A stretch of DNA of 64,000 nucleotides from Histomonas meleagridis 2922-C6/04-290x. Lineage: Eukaryota; Protista; Parabasalia. Within the stretch, counting starts at the first letter, position 1; every line of letters starts with the position of its first letter. The position numbers and the translations under genes are program-made. The notes beneath the pieces are model-generated. The model ran no database searches. It was not told where the DNA came from and worked only from the letters and a program-made list of their open reading frames with translations. This document shows, piece after piece, positions 1 to 10,805 of the stretch. The DNA lies in contig JAANOX010000134.1 in the NCBI GenBank assembly GCA_020184695.1, positions 194,477 through 258,476 of the forward strand, in the 5' to 3' direction.

Positions 1-381
1 GTAAATTTATTGGTTTTTCGCTTTATTCATCTTTTAATTGCAACTTGGTTTGTATAAGAATTGGCAAGGGTTTACATTTTTAAAAGCATCTTGAAATGCT
101 GTGATGATTGAAACGAAAATCACCACAAAATACAAATACAATTTTCTAAATCATACATTGAAATGGAAACTTATAGATGAGAAAATCTATGCGTATTTGA
201 TATTTACTAATTTCACAAAGAGCACTTAATGCGCCTTGTCTGAAACTTTTCTTCGCACCTTGTACTGTGAATCAGTTAGATAAAATTTTTGACGAAAATC
301 AAGAAATTTACATTCGTATGAAAAATATGGAGCAAAACACATGCTTTTGATCTCAATATCCTGCTCATTAGCCACTTAACA

Positions 382-801
382 ATAAACATTAAACATTAAT
401 TTCCAAATATTATTTTGAAATATTAAATTATTAAAATAAATATCAAATAAAACAAATAAATATCTTTAGCATCGATATCAATTCCTTCTTGTTCAAGAAG
501 TAATTTAACGATTTCTATATGACCTTCTGAAGATGCTCTAATAAGTGCTGTTTTAAATAATCTAAATAACTTCCAAATATTATTTTGAAATCCAAAATTA
601 TTAAAATAAATATTAAACAAAACAAATAAATATTTTTGGCATTAATATCAATTCCTTATTGTTCAAGAAGTAATTTAACGATTTCTGTATGACCTTTTAC
701 AGATGCTAAAATAAGTGCTGTCCAAAATAATATAAATAATTTCCATATATTATTTTGAAACATCATATTATTAAAATAAATATCAAATAAAACATATAAA
801 T
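382..801 (-). other. Ankyrin-interrupting AT-rich inserts (3 copies)
   Basis: Segments 722-801 (80 nt), 552-631 (80 nt) and about 382-461 (no ankyrin after it). Each starts ATTTAT(A/T)T-GT after a D/N codon and contains CAAAATAATAT(A/T)TGGAA. Confidence 0.85.
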
Positions 802-2081
802 ATCAATATCATTTATATCAAAACATTTTTGCCCAAGAAGTAATTTAATGAGTTCGTAATTTTTTGATTTTGCTGAAAATATCAAAATAATTTTTGGAAT
901 TTGATTCTTTTGAGCATAATATTCAAATAGATATAAATTTCCGTTTCTTGCTGATTCATTAATTAAAGGATTTTGTTTTCCACAATATTTTCTTCCAAAA
1001 ATGAAAGAATTTTGTAATTTCCTTTTTCTATGCAAAAACATTTCAGATTTTTGCTTAATTTTTCGATTTTATTTTCATAAAGATATTTAAAGATATCATT
1101 TTGATGAAATTGAATTGCTGTTTCATATGCTTTATAAAATGATGAATGATTTTGTTCACATAAATGAATAATTTCTTCATTTCCACCTGAAACTGCATAT
1201 TTACCTGTATTGTTTACATTTGCTCCATTGATAAGTAAATATTTAAAACATTTAACTGAAGAAAAAAAATGCTGCATAATTAATTAATGTAACTTTTTTT
1301 TGATTAATAAATGAACATCTTTCATAAAGTGATGGTTTGATTTTTTGGTTAAAATCAAAATTTGTTTGTGATGATATTTCTTGAAGTTTTTCTATTTCGT
1401 CATTTCGAATTATTTTTGCAATTTCATTTGGATTATGTCCTTCTTCAATTAAATGTTTATGAAGTTCAAAATCATTTTTAGAAAGTTCTTCATAATTTTC
1501 TCTAAATGTACATTCAAATTGATTATAGTAATATTTGCTTTTATTTTTTTCCTCTGTTTGATAATGTGCAAAATATAGAGAATTGATTTTTTTTGTTACA
1601 TCTTTATCAATTAAATTTATTTCAAGCATTTTTTCAATTATGTAAAATGATTCTTGTGATTTGATATCAACTAAATTGTTCGTAAAAATGTCAATAATTT
1701 TTTGAATGTTTTATTTATTTCTTCTTCTTTTGTTTGAATTGTTTCTAAATATTTAAAATATATATTGTTCACATCCTTTTGTGAAAAAAATACAAAATAA
1801 ATCAAATTGCTTATGATAGAATCAAATGAATATGGATGATTTGTGTCAAATAATTTCATTGTTTGCTCGACTGAAAAATCAAAATTTTCTTCTTTTAAAT
1901 TAAATACAATTTTATCTAATTCTAAAAGCATTTCCATTAAAAATTTATTTTCAGTGAGAGAATTTATTTCGTTGTGATTCCTTGTTTCAGTCGACAAAAT
2001 ATTTGAATAAACAAAATGAAAATTCACATAATTATTTGGAAAGTGCTCACTCAAATAAATAAACGGTGGAAAATTCTTCAT
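382..2081 (-). pseudogene. DUF3447-type ankyrin-repeat gene, disrupted (three frameshifts, one nonsense codon, three AT-rich inserts)
   Basis: ORF fragments 1671-2081, 1252-1629, 963-1277 and 763-1041 join into a paralogue of 31100+ and 52891- (GHNPNEIAKIIRNDEIEKLQEISSQTNF; YAAFF.SVKCFKYL; AVSGGNEEIIHLCEQ). Frameshifts lie at runs near 1698-1703 and 1262-1269 and at about 975-1010. A TAA (in place of GAA) lies at 656-658 in an ankyrin core. The gene ends in an insert with no following repeat. Confidence 0.8.
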
Positions 2082-2618
2082 TTAAAAATCATTTTTTTCC
2101 ATGTATTCTCAACATTTAGAAAAACATATTTTATACTTATACAGATTTGAGCATACATATCAAAGGCCGAAATGAAAATCTCTAATTTTAAATTTTTTTC
2201 ATTTCATAATTGATCACTTGTTTTTACATAATATAAAGACATTGTACACATTATTTAAACAAATTTAGAAAGCCATTAAAATCGCGATTTTGAGCTATTT
2301 CATTTTTTCCATTTTCTTCTTTGCAGCGATTTTTTCTTCGAGAAACCTTTCGAATTCCGTTTTAACTTCCGATTTTTCATTTGGAACAATTTCTCATTTT
2401 CGTTTTTTTTTTCTGACTTCGATTTCGTATTTCTTTGGGATTTCAAACGATCTAATTTGAAGTCCGAAGTTTTCCGCTTCTTCCGGAACAAGGCTTAGCC
2501 CCAAATTTTGTTTTTAAATTTAATTTGATTCAAAAAGTAAAATCTGATCGTACCGGAGTGGACCGTTAATTTCAGAATATTTATCAATTCACATGTCTCA
2601 AGTACTAATTCATGTTAT

Positions 2619-3695
2619 TTATTTATTAAAGAAACTAAAGAAAGCCGTTTTTTTATCTTCTTCTTTTTCCATGTGGTCCTCATCCCAATATTTCTTAGCA
2701 TACATCAAAAGTAACTTTACGTTATCCACTTCAATTTTCTGCAAAGAATTCATAGTTTTTATGTAGTCATCAGGGTCGATTTGCTTTTCAATCATTTTTA
2801 CCTGTGCCACTGATATATATTTTTCATATTCTACCAACTCATTAAAATGAGCAAATAATGCATCCCAAATCAGTAACAAATTTGGCATCAAATATTCCTG
2901 CGCAAACATCAGATTTAACCATCTGTAACAAAAACAAAGAGGATGAATCGAATGCGTAGTAATTGTGGATGCACAATTCGGTAAATGATGTTGAAGAATT
3001 TTCATAAAAAGATTCATTTGCTTATATATAAGCGATGATTTGTCTTGTGTTGTGTATAATTCGTTGAGTTTGGTGACGGCGATTAATTGTTGAAATGTAT
3101 AAAATACAAATGCTTCCATGGCAAGATGATCATAGTTAAAGAATGGTAGACCTAACGAAAATGCATAATATATAATACAACATATCTCATTAAAGCCTTG
3201 CGCATATGACAAGGTTGGATTAACACTGGCAAAAATATAAAGAATACGTTCAAGACGCCGTATTTGTTCATGGTATGGTAAAAGAATATCTTCGGGATCA
3301 TCACTGCTAATAGTAAGATCGGGATTTGGTAAAAATATGATGTGATGTGAAGTGCGAATAATATCGCCATGAATAAGCTCCATGAGCTCTGGCTTGGGAA
3401 CACCGTAGTCATGGGAATCTGTGGTATTTGGAATTATCTTTTTTTCATATCCATCAATTTGAAATAAGTCAATAAAATCTTTATATTGGGAAATTAGACT
3501 TTCTTTGACATTGGGCCAAGCTTCGGGTTGTTCAGGATATATTCCAGATAATAAAAGCCACGCAATTACACGATCTTCTGGAGGACATTCATCAAGACCT
3601 TTGCAACAAAGTGTTTGAATCAGCTTAGTATTAACAGGATCTTCGTTTTCAGTAACCTGAACAAGTGGAAGTATTTTAAATGTAGGGTATTGCAT
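2619..3695 (-). CDS. TBC-domain Rab GTPase-activating protein (TBC1D13-like)
   Basis: Motifs R..AWLLLSG.YP, LI.GDI.RT, LERILY.FA..NP.LSY.QGFNEI and FCYRWLNLMFAQE....L.IWD. First ATG at 3695; the ORF track starts at a TTG. Confidence 0.9.
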   Translation of the reverse strand: MQYPTFKILPLVQVTENEDPVNTKLIQTLCCKGLDECPPEDRVIAWLLLSGIYPEQPEAWPNVKESLISQYKDFIDLFQIDGYEKKIIPNTTDSHDYGVPKPELMELIHGDIIRTSHHIIFLPNPDLTISSDDPEDILLPYHEQIRRLERILYIFASVNPTLSYAQGFNEICCIIYYAFSLGLPFFNYDHLAMEAFVFYTFQQLIAVTKLNELYTTQDKSSLIYKQMNLFMKILQHHLPNCASTITTHSIHPLCFCYRWLNLMFAQEYLMPNLLLIWDALFAHFNELVEYEKYISVAQVKMIEKQIDPDDYIKTMNSLQKIEVDNVKLLLMYAKKYWDEDHMEKEEDKKTAFFSFFNK

Positions 3696-4041
3696 CCAAG
3701 CCGAATTTTGGTGCAAGGAGTTAACGTTTATTGATTAGAACGTTTAATTGAGTTCTTATAACTTAAACGGTTCCAGACGATGGACAACAAATTGCTCATT
3801 TGATGACAAAAGTGGCTTTTATGTACAGAAAAATGAATACTTTACAAATCATTTGTGTTACAGATTTAAATTCACTGCAAATATTTATAGAAAAATAAAT
3901 TTGATGCTTTATACATATATATAAAAATATTTCTTGCTGTTTCAAAATTAATATCATCACTGATATTCATTTTTCGTTCTTGTAAAGACAAAAAAAACAT
4001 TACAAACAAATTATCATTTATATTATATTTTTACATAATAT

Positions 4042-5196
4042 TTATAATTCGTTTGGCATTTTATCTTTATCAATGTTAACCTTTAATCCAATATCTGCAT
4101 TTTCCATGTTTTCCTTCTTTTGTTGTGCCTTTGCGTATGCAATCCTTTCTCCTTCTTGGATACTATTGAACGTTTCTTCCATCATTTTCTGTGCATATTC
4201 GAAGTCGTCTGTCACAAGAATATTATCCCAAATTGATCCTGAAACGTCTTGTGAAACGTCAATTCCGACATAACATAAGTCTTCGGGCTTACCAAAATAA
4301 ACGTCGGGATCATACTCAGGATTATTTATCATTTTAGGTTTCCATTCGCCACGAAATGCAGGATTCGGGATGCGGCGCGGCGTCCATTCGCTTCGGTACT
4401 CTGGATTAGCAACGAGCGGCGGAGTCCAAATGCCATTGATCGCATCATCCCAATCTGTCGGCCGTGTGGCTGTTTCATCGGCAATAAATTGCGGGATTTC
4501 TTTGTTAAATTCGGGTGAAATGTCATCAGGATCTTCGATGCTTTCGCGCTCTTCCCAATCTTTAGGTTTGACTTCATATGGATCAGGAATATAACGAGGC
4601 TGACAATAGCCAAACGCTTCTTCAAGAGTACTTTCAATATCTGTGAAATTGTCTTTAAGCATTTTGTACGTTTGATTGGAATAAATTATTAATGTGTAAA
4701 CATGTGTGAATTGATCATTAAATGCTAATATAGGTTCATACGTTTTATATTCTGTACGATTACGTGAAATACGAAAGTCAAGATGACGGCGATCCCAACC
4801 TCGAAAATCTGGGCCAAAAAGAATACGATATGGTGACTTTCGTGAAAATTGTGTGGGATTAAATGTTGAAGGCAAAAGTTTAAGATACGCTTGGCCATGC
4901 TCAATCTTGTTCTCAAGTTTTAATGAAAATTGAAAAATTAAATCTTTCCCTGTGGTATTAAAACACTGTTTGAATTTAGATGAAATAAGATACTCGCTGC
5001 CATCATCAACTGTTTGAAGACCTCGTTGTAATCTTCGGTTATAATAATAAGATCCTGCTGAAACTCGAAATCTTCCTAAATGTTGACCTGGTGATACTCT
5101 TGATGATTTAATCCAACGCTTTTCCCATCCACGATCAAACCTTTCCTCAAAATATACTTCTGAGAAAATTAGTTTCCAAAATATGAAGGAAAACAT
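4042..5196 (-). CDS. CRT: Calreticulin-like ER lectin chaperone
   Basis: Signal peptide MFSFIFWKLIFS followed by EVYFEERF; ILFGPD; THVYTLII; P-domain repeats IPDPYEVKPKDW, IEDPDD, RPTDWDD..NG.W.PP...NPEY; C-terminal PNEL. Confidence 0.9.
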   Translation of the reverse strand: MFSFIFWKLIFSEVYFEERFDRGWEKRWIKSSRVSPGQHLGRFRVSAGSYYYNRRLQRGLQTVDDGSEYLISSKFKQCFNTTGKDLIFQFSLKLENKIEHGQAYLKLLPSTFNPTQFSRKSPYRILFGPDFRGWDRRHLDFRISRNRTEYKTYEPILAFNDQFTHVYTLIIYSNQTYKMLKDNFTDIESTLEEAFGYCQPRYIPDPYEVKPKDWEERESIEDPDDISPEFNKEIPQFIADETATRPTDWDDAINGIWTPPLVANPEYRSEWTPRRIPNPAFRGEWKPKMINNPEYDPDVYFGKPEDLCYVGIDVSQDVSGSIWDNILVTDDFEYAQKMMEETFNSIQEGERIAYAKAQQKKENMENADIGLKVNIDKDKMPNEL

Positions 5197-5236
5197 TAAA
5201 TAAAAAATTATTATAATTAAACGTTCACTGAAACAA

Positions 5237-5479
5237 ATGCAAAGAAACATAAAAATCAAAAAGGATGAAGAATCAAAAGAAATGATTCCAAACAACACAC
5301 CAGAAAAATCACAAATAGAATTAGTTCTGAAAGAAAGGGATGAAATACGGAAATTAACTGGAAGTTATGACAAAAAGAAAGAAACACAAAGAATACATAC
5401 CATTGTCAAGATATCTATGTACACTTTTGGTGCAATCTTCGTTTTCTTTTTTGTTTTGCATCAAAAAGGTTATTTCTAA
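5237..5479 (+). CDS. Small hypothetical protein with C-terminal transmembrane segment
   Basis: 80-aa ATG ORF, charged N-terminus, hydrophobic tail ISMYTFGAIFVFFFVL; divergent from calreticulin. Confidence 0.5.
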   Translation: MQRNIKIKKDEESKEMIPNNTPEKSQIELVLKERDEIRKLTGSYDKKKETQRIHTIVKISMYTFGAIFVFFFVLHQKGYF

Positions 5480-5667
5480 TTTGTTCAAAATTTTATAAAA
5501 CGAGAATACTTATATTGCTTACAGTTTTCATTTTTTTTACATCACTAAAAATGTTAATAATAAGCCAAAATAGGATGTTTTTTTTTTACAATATTTTGAT
5601 TTTATGATTTTTTTGTAGATAATTGCGTAACTAACTTTTTACTTAAATAATTACATAAGAAAGCATT

Positions 5668-5958
5668 CTAGGTTTTACACATATCTTCTGTGTACATTGA
5701 TAAATCTGGAAGTTGTTCAGCAATATCAGAAAATCCAAGTTCATTTAATGCTTTTATAACGCCACCAGAATCTACGTATTGTTTTGGATGTTCTGAGAAA
5801 TCTAATCCAGCTAGTGACATTAGCTCCACGAATTCAGTAACAACACTTGTTAATATTTCGCAACCTGATGAACTAATTTTCACTGGTTGATCTCCTAAAG
5901 CTTTCTTTGCAAGTCTCTTGACTCTTTTTGCATTAAAAGTTTTTTCTTCTGTTGACAT
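5668..5958 (-). CDS. Histone-fold protein (NC2beta/Dr1 or NF-YB-like)
   Basis: KRVKRLAKKAL...KISS...EIL...VTEFVEL.S and V...VIKALNELGF fit the H2B-like histone fold of NC2beta/NF-YB. Confidence 0.7.
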   Translation of the reverse strand: MSTEEKTFNAKRVKRLAKKALGDQPVKISSSGCEILTSVVTEFVELMSLAGLDFSEHPKQYVDSGGVIKALNELGFSDIAEQLPDLSMYTEDMCKT

Positions 5959-6123
5959 AAGATTTTGTTTAAACGGCCTCTAATAAACGGCCGAAAACTA
6001 AAAAGCAATTTTCTGCTTGGAAAAAGAATAAAATATTGCTGCATCATTGTCAAAAAAGTATAAACAACAATCCAGTTTATTAATAGATTAAAAGAAGGAA
6101 AGGAACAATTTATCTAATGATAA

Positions 6124-6858
6124 TTAATTTTGCCTCTGCATTGAAGCAATAATCTTCATTTGTTCAAGTTGCCGTCTGTATGTGATTAAATCAAATGTCG
6201 AAATCCTTTTTCTGTGTAAAAGAGTATGCAATGCAATTAAATATGCGCAAAAAACTTCACCGCCAAGTAGCATAACAAGAAACAGCGATAAAAAGACATA
6301 TGCAACTGGCTTAGAAACAACACTGCCATAGAATTCAGAAGCATTTTGGAGAAGTTCTCCATCTTTGTATTCATTTCCCATTATCACATATATGCATAAA
6401 TATGTTGAAAATATACATGAAATCATTAGAAAATATACGGCACTCAAAAACAGTGCGTAATTTTCCTTTGTAACGCAGTTGTTCAAAAAAAAGCAATGAT
6501 GATCAAAGTTCAATCTGCAAATGTTGCAGCACCTACAGTGTTTACATCTGAAATAAACATACTTGTTGCAATGCTTACAAACGAAACCATGCGATTTTGG
6601 ATCATTTTGTGGATCAATATATGCAGATTCATGTTTGCAAGATGCCGCAATAAGAAGCAATGTATTATATATCACGAAGATAATACAATAAGGAATAGTA
6701 ATACCGATTCTATATCCGGGAGTCAATGTGGGAAAAATTAGAGTGAAGTATAATACTATTTCTGCTAAAAAAGCCACCCATGATAGGACTTGTTCGTAGT
6801 GCAATGGCAATGTAAATCCATTTCTTTGTGGTTGATCATAATGGTTTTTCTTCCTCAT
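6124..6858 (-). CDS. DHHC palmitoyltransferase
   Basis: CKHCNKYV...CKHCRCCNIC..NFDHHCFFLNNCV...NY motif flanked by transmembrane segments. Confidence 0.95.
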   Translation of the reverse strand: MRKKNHYDQPQRNGFTLPLHYEQVLSWVAFLAEIVLYFTLIFPTLTPGYRIGITIPYCIIFVIYNTLLLIAASCKHESAYIDPQNDPKSHGFVCKHCNKYVYFRCKHCRCCNICRLNFDHHCFFLNNCVTKENYALFLSAVYFLMISCIFSTYLCIYVIMGNEYKDGELLQNASEFYGSVVSKPVAYVFLSLFLVMLLGGEVFCAYLIALHTLLHRKRISTFDLITYRRQLEQMKIIASMQRQN

Positions 6859-6871
6859 TCAAGCTTGTAAT

Positions 6872-6880
6872 AAAAGTGAC
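6872..6880 (-). promoter_or_regulatory. Initiator (Inr)-type element GTCACTTTT
   Basis: GTCACTTTT lies 13 nt upstream of the DHHC ATG and matches the trichomonad TCA(+1)Y Inr. The same 9-mer lies upstream of the Nup205-like gene. Confidence 0.55.
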
Positions 6881-7822
6881 TCGAGTACTTTTTCAGAGAA
6901 ACGTTCAACTTTTTTATTGCTTTATTTTCAAATAACGTCTGCAAGTTTTAATTAAAAGCATTTGGACAAATTTTTATAAATTATTATTATATTTAAGCAA
7001 AAGGGAACACCGAACAAAATTCAATAACTAATCCTTAACTATAAGCTTATTTTGAAGTTAAATGAAATATTTCATTCAACAATTATCAGCTGATGTTTTT
7101 ATAAATAAAGCAATTCATGAGATTGGTTATTTCATATAAGGTAAGATATTTATACGTGCATATTAATTTTTTGAAATTTTGTAATACGTTGTACTTGATT
7201 CATAGTGAACATGAATACTTGTGAGCTATTAACATGCTCAGTATTTCGAAGCTGTTTTGTACAATTTTACAATTGTTTTTTCTTATGTATTTTTACATAC
7301 GCAATATTTACTGAATTTACTTTCTCTTCAATCAGTTTCACTCTTTTATTGTAATTATGTTCAGATACTTCTATAAGAGCTGTATCAAATGCATCGATTA
7401 AATTCCAAATATAATATCAGCAAATATCAAATATTAAAAACAACAAACTAATATTTTTCGTATTAATATCAATTTTATGTTTTTCAAGAAAAAAGCAAAA
7501 TAAATAAATGTTTATAAATTTACATACTAAAAGCAAAAATAAGTTATAAACCGATTGAGAAAATCCAAATTGACAATCATTTTATTAATAGATTTAAAAA
7601 TTTTATTTAAAGCAAAGATTTTAATACTTCTTTCTCATAAATATTAAAAAGTTTATATAAAAGTGAACGAACCAATACTTTCTGTTTATTATAATCGTTT
7701 TGTACGTTAAAGAAGCTCACTCAATATATTCTATGTGTGCTCCTAAAGTTGGAATTTGAACTAAAATCCTTTGCTAGCAAAAATTCACCACAAAAAGTGA
7801 GAAATGGCTGACCACATTTTTC

Positions 7823-9790
7823 ATGTCTAACGACACAAGAACAACGCTTGAAGATCTTGAAATTTCAAGATTCTTCTTTGCTCCATCATTTGAAGTTTAT
7901 GGTGGTGTTGCTGGTCTTTATGATTTTGGGCCAGCTGGTTATTCAATAGAAAGAAATTTACTCAAACGTTGGAGGGAACATTTTGTCATTGAAGATGACA
8001 TGGTTGAAGTACGTTGCTCTGCTCTCACACCATATAAAGTTCTCCAAAGCTCAGGACATACAGCTAAATTTGCAGATTTAATGGTTACAGATACTGTTAA
8101 TAAGCAACTTTATCGTGCAGATCAATTAGTTGAATCCGTGCTCAACCAAAGAATTGAAAAATGCAAAGATCCAAAAGAAAAAGCACAAATGCATCATGAC
8201 TTATCACTTGTATCAGATCTTCCTAAGGATGACCTTGATGCAATGATAGAGAAATACCAAATCAAGTCACCTGATGGCAATCCACTTTCTAAATCAGTTC
8301 CATTCAATTTAATGTTCAACACATTAATCGGACCAGGTGATCGTGCAATCCCAGGATTCCTTCGTCCAGAGACAGCACAAGGCATTTTTGTTAACTTCCC
8401 AAGATTATTTGACTTCAATCGTGGCAAATTACCATTCGCATGTGTTCAACAAGGTGTTTCATACCGTAACGAAATTTCACCTCGTAATGGTCTTGTCAGG
8501 TGCAGGGAGTTCATGATGGCTGAAATTGAGCATTTTGCTGATCCAGAAGCATTAGATGATTTTCCAAAATTTGAAACCGTCCAAGATCTTAAAATTGCTT
8601 TTCTCTCAGCTCAACGCCAAGATGAGTCTGAGGATGATGAACCAGAAGCAGTTTTAATGACACTTAAGGAAGCTCATGATCAGAAGATAATTCCACATAG
8701 AACCATTGGTTACTACATTGGTAGAACTTACATCTTCATCACTGATTGTGGCATCAAGCCAGAGTTTATCAGATTCCGTCAACATCGTCAAAATGAGAAA
8801 GCACATTATGCTCGTGATTGTTGGGACCTTGAAATCAAGCTTCCATCTTGTGGCTGGCTTGAATGTGCTGGTATTGCAGATCGTCAATCCTTTGATCTTA
8901 CCCGCCATGCCCAAGCAACAGCCAAAGCTGGTGAAAAGGAAAACCCACAAATGAGAGTTCAAGTACGCCTTCCGACACCAATCCAACAAGTCAAGGTGTC
9001 CATCATCCCCAACAAGGCAGTCCTTGGCAAAACTTTCAAGGCCGCAAGCAAGTCAATAACCGAAGCCATGGAGAACGTTAGCGAAGAAGAAGCAGAAAAA
9101 ATTTTCGCACGTTATGAAACCGCCGAGAAGATGATCGGGGGCACCCCAAAGAAAGGCAAAGAAAACGAAGCAATTTCCAAGCTTAGCCCAGAAGACAAAG
9201 CTAAGTTCGACGAGCTTACAACCAATGAGTTTGCAGGACAGAAGTTAGGTTATGGTATGTACACATGCAAGAAAGAAACTATTACTATTCATAATCGATC
9301 ATTTATTCCAAACGTTATCGAACCAAGTTTCGGTGTTGGCCGTATAATAACAGCAATCCTCGAACACTCATTCTATCTTCGTGAGGGTGGATTACGTAGA
9401 GTTCTTAGATTGAAACCATTTATTGCACCATACAACTGCGTTGTTCTTAGACTCAGCAGCAAGCTCGTCCCAGAGAAGTTTGCTACTGAAGTTAGACACT
9501 TACTTCGTAGGGCCAATCTGACACATATATCTGATGACTCAGGTGTTTCAATTGGTAAGCGCTATGCAAGAACAGATGAGCTTGGTATTCCATTCGCAAT
9601 TACTTTGGATGATAAAACAGTTGAAGATGGAACTGTCACATTACGTGAGCGCGATAGCTTACAGCAAGTTAGACTTTCAATGCAAGACGCAGTGAAAGAA
9701 GTCGCTGCAATGACATCAGGATTTGAGTCGTGGGAGCAAATTCACGATAAATATCCAGCTGTAAACCCACCAAAAGATGAAAATGAATAA
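7823..9790 (+). CDS. GARS: Glycyl-tRNA synthetase (eukaryotic homodimeric type)
   Basis: SFEVYGGVAGLYDFGP.G, FLRPETAQGIF.NF, RNEISPRNGLVRCREF.MAEIEHF, VIEPSFGVGRI and anticodon-binding SIGKRYARTDELGIPFAIT.D. Confidence 0.98.
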   Translation: MSNDTRTTLEDLEISRFFFAPSFEVYGGVAGLYDFGPAGYSIERNLLKRWREHFVIEDDMVEVRCSALTPYKVLQSSGHTAKFADLMVTDTVNKQLYRADQLVESVLNQRIEKCKDPKEKAQMHHDLSLVSDLPKDDLDAMIEKYQIKSPDGNPLSKSVPFNLMFNTLIGPGDRAIPGFLRPETAQGIFVNFPRLFDFNRGKLPFACVQQGVSYRNEISPRNGLVRCREFMMAEIEHFADPEALDDFPKFETVQDLKIAFLSAQRQDESEDDEPEAVLMTLKEAHDQKIIPHRTIGYYIGRTYIFITDCGIKPEFIRFRQHRQNEKAHYARDCWDLEIKLPSCGWLECAGIADRQSFDLTRHAQATAKAGEKENPQMRVQVRLPTPIQQVKVSIIPNKAVLGKTFKAASKSITEAMENVSEEEAEKIFARYETAEKMIGGTPKKGKENEAISKLSPEDKAKFDELTTNEFAGQKLGYGMYTCKKETITIHNRSFIPNVIEPSFGVGRIITAILEHSFYLREGGLRRVLRLKPFIAPYNCVVLRLSSKLVPEKFATEVRHLLRRANLTHISDDSGVSIGKRYARTDELGIPFAITLDDKTVEDGTVTLRERDSLQQVRLSMQDAVKEVAAMTSGFESWEQIHDKYPAVNPPKDENE

Positions 9791-10263
9791 ACACTAAAAA
9801 GCATCAGTTCTTCATGACAATTCGCTCAACAACGAAAAGTTGCTCCAGCTCTTTTCCTATAGAGAGAAAATTTGCTTATTCAACAAGGAGACCGTTTAAT
9901 ACAAACATTTTCAAAACGCCCAAACCGTAACTTCAGAAGCTTTTTGTGTTTTGTTTTTTCGGCGCTTAACTTCTTCAGCTTTAGTGTACATGTTAAACGC
10001 ATTGTCGCTTTGGATGTAGTGGCGCACATTTAATGAGTTCACGCAGAACAATCAAATTGCGATGCGCACTTTGAGCATTCATTCGCCTGTGAATTCTTCA
10101 GTAGTTCGAACATGCTGCGGCAGGTCAACATCTCTGGGTGCAATTACCACAGCACCAAATCAACTATCGGTTTTAATAAACTATTCAAATATCTTTTTCA
10201 ATGATTTACTCACAGCTCTAAGTCACAGAACCAAAACGAATAAACATCACACCATTCTTTAAC

Positions 10264-10725
10264 TCATCTTCTTCTAGCGCACCACATTCTCGGCGCTTCA
10301 TTGAATCTATCTCCTGGGTAATCTTTTCTTTGTCTATATCTATCGTTGTATTGTATTTCTCTCATAAATCTCTCATCGTATAAAGGCCTCTCTCTTTCTA
10401 CTCTATAACAATAATCGTCATTTCTATGTTCATATCTCTCATTCTCATCTTTATAATTTGGTGCTTTTGGTCTTCTGCCAGCACTTTTGATGTAAATCTT
10501 TCTTCCTTGTAATTCTGCGCCATCGAATCGTTGGATTATTTTATCAGCCGTTTCTTTATCGCCAATTGTTATAAACCCATAACCACATGACGCTCCGTTC
10601 CGTGTCGGGATCTTTACGCCTAAGATTTTCCCACACTCTGAAAACTCTTCCATAAGTTCGCGCTCTGTGGTCCGGAAGTTAATGTTACCAATATAAAGTT
10701 GGATTCGGTGTTCTTTGTCTTCCAT
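10264..10725 (-). CDS. RRM RNA-binding protein with R/D/E-rich tail (SR-like)
   Basis: RNP2 LYIGNI and RNP1 CGYGFITI; first ATG at 10725. Confidence 0.85.
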   Translation of the reverse strand: MEDKEHRIQLYIGNINFRTTERELMEEFSECGKILGVKIPTRNGASCGYGFITIGDKETADKIIQRFDGAELQGRKIYIKSAGRRPKAPNYKDENERYEHRNDDYCYRVERERPLYDERFMREIQYNDRYRQRKDYPGDRFNEAPRMWCARRR

Positions 10726-10805
10726 TTTCGGAGTATATACAAAATTTGGCACTTTTGATTGGACGATCACTCATTAAATGTTTATGGAAGTTGTCTTAGA
10801 AAAAA

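Noticed and set aside
2300-2491. K/R-rich 63-aa ORF and an overlapping E/K-rich frame
   Set aside because: No ATG start, contains an A10 run and a stop in the more protein-like frame, and no recognisable domain.
9896-10180. Genome-wide UGA reassignment suggested by a frame broken only by TGA
   Set aside because: TGA terminates clear genes here (Atg6, RasGEF-like, RRM, 48853-49884), and four TGAs in about 95 codons of one of six frames is compatible with chance.
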